This document shows, piece by piece, positions 1 to 8,706 of a DNA stretch of 64,000 nt (within the stretch, counting starts at the first letter, position 1; each line of letters begins with the position of its first letter). The translations under genes and the position numbers were made by a program. A model generated the notes under the pieces. It was given only the letters and a program-made list of their open reading frames with translations, searched no databases and had not been told where the DNA came from. This DNA is from Candidatus Latescibacterota bacterium (GTDB lineage Bacteria > Latescibacterota > UBA2968 > GCA-2709665). Location of the stretch: positions 2,240,001 to 2,304,000 of the forward strand of contig OZ220733.1 in the NCBI GenBank assembly GCA_965116875.1, in the 5' to 3' direction.

Positions 1-316
1 CGTTCAGGAAACTTGCCATCCCGACCCGCCGACCGGATGCACGATGGTGGACGGTCAGGAAGAGCGGGTCGATTGACAAGGCCCCTTCCTCGAGCCACGC
101 TTGCATGGCGTACACGCTGTCAAATGGACCGTAACCCATGTAAGTCCAGATCTGTTCACACAATTCAGACCCATGGGAGCCCTCGAAGAGTTCCTCGGCG
201 TCGGCCGACGGGCTGACGGGCGACAGGGTAACGAACTTACCCTCATAGTGAGTCCGTCGGGGGATTTCAACGTTGGCGGCGGTTTCTACGACATATCCGT
301 GGGGCAGAGACGGCAT
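1..316 (-). CDS. GNAT family (RimJ/RimL-like) N-acetyltransferase, runs off the window edge
   Basis: Not in the ORF track. Manual translation from ATG 316: MPSLPHGYVV...EGKFVTLSPVSPSADAEELF...IWTYMGYGPF...DPLFLTV...RVGMASFLN. AAGGGA RBS upstream. Confidence 0.8.
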   Translation of the reverse strand, partial: MPSLPHGYVVETAANVEIPRRTHYEGKFVTLSPVSPSADAEELFEGSHGSELCEQIWTYMGYGPFDSVYAMQAWLEEGALSIDPLFLTVHHRASGRRVGMASFLN

Positions 317-387
317 GTCGATTCCCTTATGTGTGAGACAGATTTGTATAACGACGCTCTAACGAGGGACCACGTCGACCGGGCCAC

Positions 388-816
388 TCAGTCGGACTGC
401 TCAGAAAACGTCTCCTCGCCCCGTTCCTTCTGTTTCCGTCTGATCTCCGTGATGTCTTCGTCGGTCAGACGCTCCTGGTCAGACACATGTGTCTTTTCGA
501 TGAATTCCAGTTTCAATTCACGCCTGGTGAGCCACTCCCAGCCATCGACATTCGCCGGATGAGGATGCGGATAGATATCCTCAGGCCCGATCCCCTCGGA
601 AACGGTATAGAGAAATCCGGGCGTGACGCCATCGTGCTTCACCCGACAATCATCGGACAGCGACTCGCCCGGGCAAGACCTGCTGACAAGCGAGGGTCGG
701 TGCGAAAACGCTTTCGCCAGGTTCCGGATCTGCGTGATCGAACTGCCAACGCGAAGTTCGGTCAACTTCTGCTGGGAACCATGGTACCAGGTAAGATCGA
801 AATTGCACTCCGGCAT
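388..816 (-). CDS. Hypothetical protein, possible ADP-ribosyltransferase-like fold
   Basis: 142 aa with WYHGS near the N terminus, SITQ...AKAFS, GFLY and a C-terminal EWL motif. Reminiscent of Arr/ART-fold proteins. Confidence 0.6.
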   Translation of the reverse strand: MPECNFDLTWYHGSQQKLTELRVGSSITQIRNLAKAFSHRPSLVSRSCPGESLSDDCRVKHDGVTPGFLYTVSEGIGPEDIYPHPHPANVDGWEWLTRRELKLEFIEKTHVSDQERLTDEDITEIRRKQKERGEETFSEQSD

Positions 817-817
817 G

Positions 818-1100
818 TCAATCCTGACATCGTGATCGTGGAACCGAAAGCGCCGGCGATCCCCACGTCCCGTCCTTTCGTCTGTGGATGAAGATCGGAT
901 TCCCGCCGGTATCGGCGATCATGGCGACGCGGCAGGTGGAGAGTTCGTGCGGACCCCACTCAATCGGCACGCCTTTACGGGACAGTTCATCGAGCGCATC
1001 GTCGAAATCCTCAACAGCGAGGGAAAGACCGGTACCGCCCCTGCCGCTTGACAGTGGCGCGCCGGCGTACGTCCCAAAGAGGACCAGTGTGACGGGCGGA
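818..1100 (-). pseudogene. C-terminal half of a VOC/glyoxalase family protein, with no start of its own
   Basis: IPPVTLVL...GLSLAVEDFDDALDELSRKGVPIEWGPHELSTCRVAMIADTGGNPIFIHRRK is a typical second VOC module. The upstream part of this frame overlaps the methyltransferase. Confidence 0.7.
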
Positions 1101-1469
1101 ATCGAGAACGACGTCGAACCCGCCGGCCGGCAACGAATCCGGATCCAGCGCATCCGCAACCCGGAATCGCGCATCCGCGCCGGCTGCGGAGGAACGTTGT
1201 CTCGCGCGCTCGATGGCAGCCTCCGAGACGTCGATACCCAGGTACCGATATGCCAGCCCGGACAGAAAGATCCCCACCGTACCGTCACCGCAACCCACAT
1301 CCAGTATCCTCGTCTGCGTCGGTGAATGTCGGATTCGTCCGAGCATTCCCTTCAGGCGCCGAAGTTCCCGCTGCGATCCCCCCTCACCAAGGAACGTCAG
1401 GCCTTCTTCATAGGCCACGCGATAGTTGTGATCGTATGCCTTATAGTAGGTACCGTCGTCAAACTTCAT
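1011..1469 (-). pseudogene. Class I SAM-dependent methyltransferase, C-terminally truncated
   Basis: ILDVGCGDG motif I, GIDVSEAAIERAR and FDVVLDS are present. Homology is lost at about 1100, where the VOC fragment begins in another frame. Confidence 0.7.
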
Positions 1470-1515
1470 CTTTATATGCGACGTCCTGTCGTCAAACGTC
1501 CCGAAATCTATGGCT

Positions 1516-1788
1516 TCATCTATCTCGGCTGGAGTAGGACGTGGATACGCTCCGGTTCCCGATGATCGCTGACAGGATTCCGAGGAACAGGGCCAGCTTC
1601 AGGGATGCAAACCACGAGATTTCACCCGCGATGAGTCCCTGTTCGACCGCCCCGGGGAACAGATCGGGAATCGTCCACGCCCAGAGGATCTTGATGAGAA
1701 ACAGGGCGGCAAAGATGAGCCCTGCCGCCAGCAAAAGAAATCCCTGAAGCGCTGCCGCGAGACCTGCCGCGAGCCATCCTCTTTTCAT
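1516..1788 (-). CDS. Small membrane protein
   Basis: ATG 1788 with GGAGAGG RBS. Two hydrophobic segments around LWAWTIPDLFPGAVEQGLIAGEISW. Confidence 0.7.
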   Translation of the reverse strand: MKRGWLAAGLAAALQGFLLLAAGLIFAALFLIKILWAWTIPDLFPGAVEQGLIAGEISWFASLKLALFLGILSAIIGNRSVSTSYSSRDR

Positions 1789-1841
1789 ATTCCTCTCCGC
1801 TTGAAATGACATCTACCGACATTTTCGACGAGACTTCAACG

Positions 1842-1873
1842 CAAAAGCGACCTCGACGTGAGGCCGCTCTTTG
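1842..1873 (-). terminator. Probable intrinsic terminator after the glycosidase gene
   Basis: Imperfect hairpin caaaagcgacctc-gacgt-gaggccgctctttg, with a T run on the minus strand. Confidence 0.4.
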
Positions 1874-1971
1874 ATCTTACAATCCTCTGAATCCGATCCT
1901 GGCAACGGGACCTGATGCGTATCCTGTTCCACCCGTCTCTGAGGCGGTCCGCCCGGGGTGCCGTCGGTCGC

Positions 1972-4900
1972 TTACAACTCGACCGGCTTCAGGGAGTGGG
2001 TGCGCGTTTCAAACTCACACCCGGTGAGCAACCGCGAAAGCGTGTTGGTCATCCGGACGGCAATTCGGTTTTTCCCCGGTTTCAGCCACTCTGTCCTGGC
2101 CGTCCACTTGAACGGCGCCCATGCCCTCGTCCCAAGGGAGCGGCCGTTGATGGCCACCTCAACGATATCGGTTACGTCCTTGAGTTCCTCCTCGAGCGAG
2201 AAGAGGAACTGCTCTGACTCGGGTAGTTCGGCAAACGTCATATCCTTCGTATAAACAACCGTTCCCGCATAGTATGGCATTTTCTGGTCGTCGAGTTCGC
2301 CCGGGAAACCACGGTCGACCGGAGCGACCATTCGCAGGTTTTGGTTCAGCCAGCGCCTCACGCCGAATTTGCCGAAGAGATAGAAGGCGTCGACCAGACC
2401 CTGATTGAGATCGTCGAGCTCCACCCGGATTGCAAGGACGTTTCTGCCGGTGTTCACGCGACGCACAACCGCGCAGGTGACGTTGTTGTGATCGTAACGA
2501 AACGTGGGACGGAAGGCCTTTCCCGGCAGGCGGACACCGTTCAGAAAGATCTGGTAATCTCCCAGAATTGCGCTGCGGTCCATCACCAGGGAGAGCTTGG
2601 ACGGCACGACGTCGGCTAAAAATGCCGTCCTGAACCAGCAAACCAGTGGAAACTCGATGCCCGGTCCCGCGGTTTTGCCGGGGCCGGCGTTGTTGAACGT
2701 AAAGGGCAGGCCGGAAAGGGACGGCAGATCACCGATATGTTCAACCACCGGTTTGGGGGTTACGGACGTCCACCGGTTGTCCCTGTAGCCGGGGTTGTGC
2801 CAGCCCTGATCGAGCCCCTTGTTTTGCGGATCGAGTTGCATCTGGAACCTGTCCATGCGAAGACAGTTGTCTTCTTCGGCATCGACTTTCCACGCTCCAC
2901 TCATGTCGGGACGCAATACGACCGCCGTTTCCGATTCCGGCAGCGGCTGGGGTTTGTCTTCCGTTACGACAACAAGGTGGGATTGCAGGCGATCGAAGTC
3001 GAGGTTGAACCTTATCCGATCGGCGTCCCGCTCCGCCGTCATCGGGGTCCGCCGGCCGGTTTCCAGGTCCCACCGTTCCACCTTTCGGCGACGAGACGGC
3101 ACCCGTACCGTGACCCGGGACGTAAAGGCGTTTTGATCGGTATTCGTAAAGAAAAACAGATCCTCGTTCGACGTTTCCCTTCTCTGCGACATGACCGCCG
3201 ACCCGTTTTTCTTGTCGGTCTCCACGATCACGTCGGGGGGAAGGATTCGATGGAGAAGATCCGCAAGCATTCGCGCGCCGCGGTTTTTTTCGACGGAACC
3301 TCCCGTACGGATGAAGTAGAGGTCGCCTCTTTGTATAAGATGTACGCCCAGTTCGTGGCCAATATAGTCACGCCTCATTCTGCCGGGTTCCATGTCGGTC
3401 AGACGGGAGAATGCCTCCACTACCGAGGGGCCCTCCTGGATGTCTTCTATGGGAAGCAGACCGAGACAGATGACTTTGCCGCCGGCATTGATAAATTGCC
3501 GGATGCGCTCGAACGCGTCTCGCTCCAGGTTTGTCATGGGCGGCAGGATGAGTACATCGTAGCTGGTTCCCTCGGTCTGAAGTTGGCTTCCGGCGACGTC
3601 GGCCGCCGCGAGGGTTTCCGGATCCAGGGAGTCGAACTCGCGCTGCATTTGACAAAGGGACTCGATGAGATACGCCCAATCCGACGCGAGACGCCCGGTA
3701 AGCTTGGCCTCATCCTCATCGTAACCGATATATTCCCATCCGAGGCCCGGACTGCCGAGGTGCGCCCAAAGGCTCGTTACCGGATCGAGAAGGGCCAGAT
3801 TGGCTCTTCGTCGTCCCTGGCTGAGGGCGTATGAGAGACGGCCGGCGTAGTCCGCCAGCAGCCGGAAATGTTTCCAGTACGGGTTCTGGTGGAAAATTGA
3901 CGGCGGGCTGTGGTGCTTGCGCAGCCCGTCCAGCGTGTAGGACAATCCCCGTGCGTGAAACAGGTTGGCGCCAAGGGCGCCCATCCGGTCGATCGTCCAC
4001 TTCATATCCTGGAGCGTCAGCGACCATCCGGTATCATTGAAACACGTGTTGAACGCGCGACCGCCGTCGTGGGCGGATACCGAGAACCTCGGGTTGCGTC
4101 GGTAAGCGGCGGCATGCGCGTCCCGTTCTTTGAATCCGCCAACCTTTTCCCCGCCTCCGCAGGTACCGGGAATATGGACGTGTCGCCTGTGGGCGTTTCT
4201 GAAGACCGTCACGTCAGAAGCGTGCAGCACGTTGCGTTTCGCGCACCACGTCTCGAATGCCTTATGAAAATTATCTCTGAGCATCTCACTCAGCGTCTGG
4301 AAGTAATCGTACCGGATCCGTGCCGTATTCGGACCGAAATAGGTCATCAGTGCCGGCAGACAGTTGAGGAGGTCATACTGGTTGCGCTCCCGGAATACCC
4401 GGGGCAACGTCGGAGACCAGGGCCATCTGCCCGGCATGGATAACGCCTCGGTGGTCAGAATGCCCTGGATCGCGCCGCCGAAGCTGTCCGACAGCCCGTT
4501 GGCGTACCGTCCGTGGGTGGTCTCGAGATAACAGGCCACGGCTTCGGCGTTGAATGGATCGAAGTGGATTCCATGGGGTTCTTCCGCATCGCTTTCCCTC
4601 TGGATGAAGACAATTACTCTCCAGCGTCCCGGCGGCGCCTTCCAGAAAAGCCGATGCATGAGATGGCGGGCGAGAAATCTCTTGTTGTGGTATCCTGCGA
4701 CGTCAGCGTGTTCCCTGTAGATTTCATGACTCTGGTTTGCGCCTATATATTCTCCGATGTCCTCCACACTCTCCCACAGGCACCGGTCCCGTTTGAGCGG
4801 CACGGCGAGGGCGCGCAATACGGTGCCCCACGGCAGATCCATGTCGACCTGCTGACCTCCCTGAACCGTGATCTCATCGAATGTAAGGTGTTGGCCCCGA

Positions 4901-5214
4901 TACTGGGGATGGCCCAACGATACCTGGCCCCCGCTGATGCCGTGCGGGTGGGGAAATTCATCGTGCAGCCAGACCTGAAGTCCGCACTCACTGGCGGTTT
5001 CCACCGCGAGCCGAACCCGATCGAACCAGATTCTGGAAAGGTACGGGATTCTGAGCCCCGGACCCGCGGAGAGACAGAAACCCCCAAGGCCCTTTTCGCT
5101 CATCTCCCGGATCTGGCGCACGATCTCTCCCTCCTCGATCGTGCTGTTCCATTCCCAGGAAGGCAGGACCCGATATGGCGCCGGAGGATTCAGGAATGTG
5201 CTGGTGTCCATCAT
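1972..5214 (-). CDS. GH106/alpha-L-rhamnosidase-like glycoside hydrolase (with class I GATase-like and beta-sandwich domains)
   Basis: FLNPPAPYR..WEWN, GLGGF, YLSRIW, WLHDE, GRRRANLALLDP and YYAGTVVY motifs. Probable start at MMDTSTF (5214). Confidence 0.8.
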   Translation of the reverse strand: MMDTSTFLNPPAPYRVLPSWEWNSTIEEGEIVRQIREMSEKGLGGFCLSAGPGLRIPYLSRIWFDRVRLAVETASECGLQVWLHDEFPHPHGISGGQVSLGHPQYRGQHLTFDEITVQGGQQVDMDLPWGTVLRALAVPLKRDRCLWESVEDIGEYIGANQSHEIYREHADVAGYHNKRFLARHLMHRLFWKAPPGRWRVIVFIQRESDAEEPHGIHFDPFNAEAVACYLETTHGRYANGLSDSFGGAIQGILTTEALSMPGRWPWSPTLPRVFRERNQYDLLNCLPALMTYFGPNTARIRYDYFQTLSEMLRDNFHKAFETWCAKRNVLHASDVTVFRNAHRRHVHIPGTCGGGEKVGGFKERDAHAAAYRRNPRFSVSAHDGGRAFNTCFNDTGWSLTLQDMKWTIDRMGALGANLFHARGLSYTLDGLRKHHSPPSIFHQNPYWKHFRLLADYAGRLSYALSQGRRRANLALLDPVTSLWAHLGSPGLGWEYIGYDEDEAKLTGRLASDWAYLIESLCQMQREFDSLDPETLAAADVAGSQLQTEGTSYDVLILPPMTNLERDAFERIRQFINAGGKVICLGLLPIEDIQEGPSVVEAFSRLTDMEPGRMRRDYIGHELGVHLIQRGDLYFIRTGGSVEKNRGARMLADLLHRILPPDVIVETDKKNGSAVMSQRRETSNEDLFFFTNTDQNAFTSRVTVRVPSRRRKVERWDLETGRRTPMTAERDADRIRFNLDFDRLQSHLVVVTEDKPQPLPESETAVVLRPDMSGAWKVDAEEDNCLRMDRFQMQLDPQNKGLDQGWHNPGYRDNRWTSVTPKPVVEHIGDLPSLSGLPFTFNNAGPGKTAGPGIEFPLVCWFRTAFLADVVPSKLSLVMDRSAILGDYQIFLNGVRLPGKAFRPTFRYDHNNVTCAVVRRVNTGRNVLAIRVELDDLNQGLVDAFYLFGKFGVRRWLNQNLRMVAPVDRGFPGELDDQKMPYYAGTVVYTKDMTFAELPESEQFLFSLEEELKDVTDIVEVAINGRSLGTRAWAPFKWTARTEWLKPGKNRIAVRMTNTLSRLLTGCEFETRTHSLKPVEL

Positions 5215-5305
5215 GCGGCTGTCCGGTTGCCGAAGCGAGGACTGCCCGCGCAGGATTCCCGTGCGGATTCCCCGCCGTCCGGTTTGGGTGTACACTACGT
5301 CCGGG

Positions 5306-5596
5306 TCACGTCACTGATACGCAGGTTTCACACAGATACGTTACGGTTCGATAACGTTCCGCGAGGCGGGTGAGTTTGATCCGACCCTCTTTCTCTCCGC
5401 AGCGCTCGCAGGGACGCTCGAGGCGGGTTATCGACCCGGCCTCAGGCGCCGCCTCGCAGACTTCGCAACGATAAGTGACCTGTTTCTCGCCGTTCACGAC
5501 CCGGGTGGAGACCCGTGTGGCGGTACGCGTTTCACACGTTTCACAGAGCACCGGAAATGGCTTCTCCCGAAGCTGGCGCTGCCTGATATTCGACAC
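5306..5596 (-). CDS. Small zinc-finger protein with two McsA-N-like modules
   Basis: Four CxxC motifs: LCETC...TRVVNGEKQVTYRCEVC and PCERC...TVTYLCETC. Confidence 0.7.
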   Translation of the reverse strand: MSNIRQRQLREKPFPVLCETCETRTATRVSTRVVNGEKQVTYRCEVCEAAPEAGSITRLERPCERCGEKEGRIKLTRLAERYRTVTYLCETCVSVT

Positions 5597-5618
5597 GGTC
5601 GATATTTTAAAGAAATGT

Positions 5619-5646
5619 AATGTACCATTTAATGTAGAAAAGTCAA
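5619..5646 (-). promoter_or_regulatory. Sigma70-type promoter for the zinc-finger/glycosidase genes
   Basis: Minus strand TTGACT-16 nt-TACATT with an extended -10 TG, in an AT-rich intergenic region. Confidence 0.5.
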
Positions 5647-5900
5647 GTCAAAGCGTAGTTAAACGGATTTAATTATTTGTTTTTAAATATTTTATGTGTG
5701 ATTGGATTTTGTTCTCGCGGATCTGCGCCTGTGCCCCCGACACCGGTGCGCACTTCCTGTCCGCCGGCCTTTGTTTTCCCTTGACTGTGGTGATTAAGTG
5801 TTTGTTTTTTAACGTGGAGCATCCACCTTCGACCGCATTTGCAGTCGCAGGTCGGAAGTTGTGGTCTCCCCCGCCTTTTTTTATTATACTTGACGTCCAA

Positions 5901-6497
5901 ATGAAAAAACGCATCTGCGCCCTGGTGCCGGCTGCCGGAATGTCGACACGCATGGGGTCTCCCAAACAGCTGTTGCCCTTTGGCGAAAAGACAGTACTGC
6001 AGACCGTGGTCGATACGCTGCTGGAAGCCAATCTGGATGGAGTCCTGGTCGTGCTTGGCCACCGGGCGGATGCCGTGCGGGACAGTCTGGCCGAGCGACC
6101 GGTATTGTTTCATTTGAATCCCGATTATCGCAAGGGGATGTTTTCGAGTATCCTGAGCGGGCTTTCCGCCATGGAAGAATCGGCGGATGCCGCTCTGATC
6201 GCCCTGGGGGATCAGCCGAACGTCCGTGCGAGCGTGGTCACGAAGGTGGCCGCGGCGTATCGAAACGGCAATAAGGGAATCGTCGTTCCGGTCTACCGCG
6301 GAAGACGAGGGCATCCGGCGCTGGTGGATCTGGGTCGTTATTATTGCGAGATCCGGTCTCTATCCGGCGAGGAGGGGCTTAAACCCGTCATGCGGGGGCA
6401 CCCCCTCGACACGCGGGAGGTGGAGGTGGAGGACGAAGGCGTCTTGAGGGATATCGATACGCCGGAGGAATACCGAGAGGAACTGGACCGGCTCTAA
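5901..6497 (+). CDS. mocA: Molybdenum cofactor cytidylyltransferase / MobA-like nucleotidyltransferase
   Basis: ALVPAAGMSTRMGSPKQLLP, LGDQP, RRGHP and DIDTPEEY motifs. ATG at 5901. Confidence 0.85.
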   Translation: MKKRICALVPAAGMSTRMGSPKQLLPFGEKTVLQTVVDTLLEANLDGVLVVLGHRADAVRDSLAERPVLFHLNPDYRKGMFSSILSGLSAMEESADAALIALGDQPNVRASVVTKVAAAYRNGNKGIVVPVYRGRRGHPALVDLGRYYCEIRSLSGEEGLKPVMRGHPLDTREVEVEDEGVLRDIDTPEEYREELDRL

Positions 6498-6559
6498 CAG
6501 TCCGTTGATAAAGCCGCTCTGCAGGCAGGCACCCCCGATGGACTTTTTCAACGGGCTGC
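6495..6559. mobile_element. MITE family A, internally deleted ~64 bp copy
   Basis: taacagtccgttgataaagcc...gatggactttttcaacgggctg. Both ends match the 330 bp element at 20717. Begins on the mocA TAA. Confidence 0.8.
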
Positions 6560-6595
6560 GAATGGAAGACGCCTCTTGTGCTGTCCCGAACCGGT

Positions 6596-7423
6596 CTACG
6601 CGGGCGAAAGCTGCGCTCCGCCGTCTACACGCAGGATCTGGCCGCTCACGAAGCTTGCCAGTGGAGAAACGAAGAACTGCACGGCGCGCGCGATCTCATC
6701 GGGATACGCGTATCGGATCAGCGTGGGCCGGCTCATCGCTTTCATAAAATCCGGGTCTGCCTGACCCGTGGCAAGAAAACGACCGCTGGGGGAGTCGCCC
6801 GGCGCAACCATGTTCACGGTGACGTTGTGTTGGCGGAGTTGGGCGGCCAGGCAGCGGGTATAGTGGGTCTGTGCCGCCTTGGCCGTAGCGTACACCGGGC
6901 CGCCCCCGGGCTCGCCGGTAAAGCTGTCCACCGAACCGATGTTGACAATCCTGCCTCCCCCGCGTTGAATCATGCCCGGAACGACCGCGCGGCAGCAGTG
7001 CAGGGTTGTGTCGAAGTTTCTCTTGAACACGGCCTCGATATCTTTCAGCGGGATGCCGATCGTATCGTTCGGGTTCGGTTTGCCGCCAGCGGCGGCAATG
7101 TCACCCCCGGCGTTGTTGACCAGAATGTCGATCGGCCCGAGTTCGGATTCGATGCGTCCAACCGCTGCTTCCACCTGCAGCGGATCCGAAACGTCGGCAA
7201 ATACGGTGATCACCGCGTTGCCGGTTTGCGCGATTTCCCTTGCCGCGTGCGTCGTGGAGGGGGCTTCGTCGAATTCGGCCGCCGTCCGGTCGGATCTTGC
7301 GTGAACAGCGATCGAAGCGCCGCAGCGGGAAAGCCGTTCCGCAATCGCCCGGCCAAGGCCCCGCGCCGACGCCGTGACCCAGGCAACCTTGCCGGCCAGA
7401 AGTTCAGGATGTACGTAATCCAT
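6596..7423 (-). CDS. Short-chain dehydrogenase/reductase (SDR)
   Basis: VTASARGLG, LVNNAG, catalytic YATAK, VNMVAPG and VDGG motifs. Confidence 0.9.
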   Translation of the reverse strand: MDYVHPELLAGKVAWVTASARGLGRAIAERLSRCGASIAVHARSDRTAAEFDEAPSTTHAAREIAQTGNAVITVFADVSDPLQVEAAVGRIESELGPIDILVNNAGGDIAAAGGKPNPNDTIGIPLKDIEAVFKRNFDTTLHCCRAVVPGMIQRGGGRIVNIGSVDSFTGEPGGGPVYATAKAAQTHYTRCLAAQLRQHNVTVNMVAPGDSPSGRFLATGQADPDFMKAMSRPTLIRYAYPDEIARAVQFFVSPLASFVSGQILRVDGGAQLSPA

Positions 7424-7630
7424 ATCGTTCGTGACCTCCGTTTATGACAGCGAGTCGCGCAACTCACGATGAATGGTGTCATGTTCTGATCGGACGCTCC
7501 GGGTCGACGGACAACGGAACGACCGGAAAAGATACACCGCCCGCGTAATTCGGACAAGCCCGGATGACTCGCCCGCCGAATTCAGCCGGACGGGTTCCGG
7601 GACAGCACAATCCTCCGGGAGGATTCGATT

Positions 7631-8674
7631 ATGGGTAGTCGGACCATCGGTTTTGCAATGATCGGATGCGGCGTGGTGGCGGATTATCACATCGGCGCCG
7701 TGAAGGATACAGACGGGGCGGAACTGGTCGCCGTATACAGTCGAAGCGAGTCGCGCGCCAGGACCACCGGAGAGGCGCACGGCTCGCCCTGGTTTACCGA
7801 TCACCAGGCCCTTCTCCGCGTTCCGGAAGTGGACGTGGTATGTATCTGCACCCCCAGCGGCGTCCGAATTCCAATCGTGACGGATGCGGCCGAAGCGGGA
7901 AAACACCTGATCGTGGAAAAACCGCTGGATGTGTCGATACGGAATATGGATCGGATCATCCGGGCCGCCGAGGATGCGGAAGTGAAGCTCATGGGGGTGT
8001 TTCAGTTGCGGTATGGACATGCCGTACGCAGGGTGCGCGACGCTGTTCAGACCGGCGCGCTCGGTAAAATGGTGCTGGCTGACGCCTATATCAAATGGTT
8101 CCGGCCACAGGCTTACTACGATGCGGACGACTGGCGGGGCAATTGGGCGATGGAGGGCGGCGGGGCGCTGATGACGCAGGGCAGCCACACGGTGGACCTG
8201 CTCCAGTGGATCATGGGCCCCGTTAAACGCGTCTATGCCAGAATGGGCACGTTGATCCACGATATCGAGGTGGAAGATACGGTGGTTGCCACGCTGGAAT
8301 ACGAGAGCGGGGCGCTGGGTGTGATTGAAGCGTCTTCCGCGGCGTATCCCGGGTTGCCGGCACGGATGGAGTTGTCCGGAGACCGGGGTACGGTTGTGGT
8401 GGAAGCGGACCAGATAACCAGATGGGACGTCGAGGGCGAGAGCGTCGAGGAGACGGCGGCCGACACGTCGGACGTGGCCAGAGCGGCATCGGATTCGAGA
8501 ACCTTCGGAACGGAAGGCCACAAGGCGCAGGTCGCGGAGATGGTACGTATTCTGAACGAAGGCGGTGAACCGGAAATCGACGGCCCGGAGTCGAAGCGGG
8601 CGATCGAAATCATCCTGGCGATTTACGAATCCGCGAGGTCCGGCAACCCCGTGACGCTGCCTTTCAACGGGTGA
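7631..8674 (+). CDS. Gfo/Idh/MocA family oxidoreductase
   Basis: IGCGVVA, CTPSG, GKHLIVEKPL and GGGALMTQGSHTVD motifs. Confidence 0.92.
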   Translation: MGSRTIGFAMIGCGVVADYHIGAVKDTDGAELVAVYSRSESRARTTGEAHGSPWFTDHQALLRVPEVDVVCICTPSGVRIPIVTDAAEAGKHLIVEKPLDVSIRNMDRIIRAAEDAEVKLMGVFQLRYGHAVRRVRDAVQTGALGKMVLADAYIKWFRPQAYYDADDWRGNWAMEGGGALMTQGSHTVDLLQWIMGPVKRVYARMGTLIHDIEVEDTVVATLEYESGALGVIEASSAAYPGLPARMELSGDRGTVVVEADQITRWDVEGESVEETAADTSDVARAASDSRTFGTEGHKAQVAEMVRILNEGGEPEIDGPESKRAIEIILAIYESARSGNPVTLPFNG

Positions 8675-8706
8675 ACCGGGAACGAATATTCTACCGGGAG
8701 CGTTCT

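Noticed and set aside
317-387. GTTAGAG/GTTATAC boxes on the minus strand between small genes, suggesting integron attC sites
   Set aside because: No matching RYYYAAC inverse core or attC-type hairpin, no repetition between the other genes, and no integrase.
5638-5653. aagtcaagtcaaag resembling a CtsR box upstream of the McsA-like gene
   Set aside because: Spacing does not fit the heptad-N3-heptad repeat; explained by the -35 box on the minus strand.
5845-5862. gcaggtcggaag resembling the SRP RNA core
   Set aside because: Lacks the following GAAGCAGC half of the conserved domain IV.
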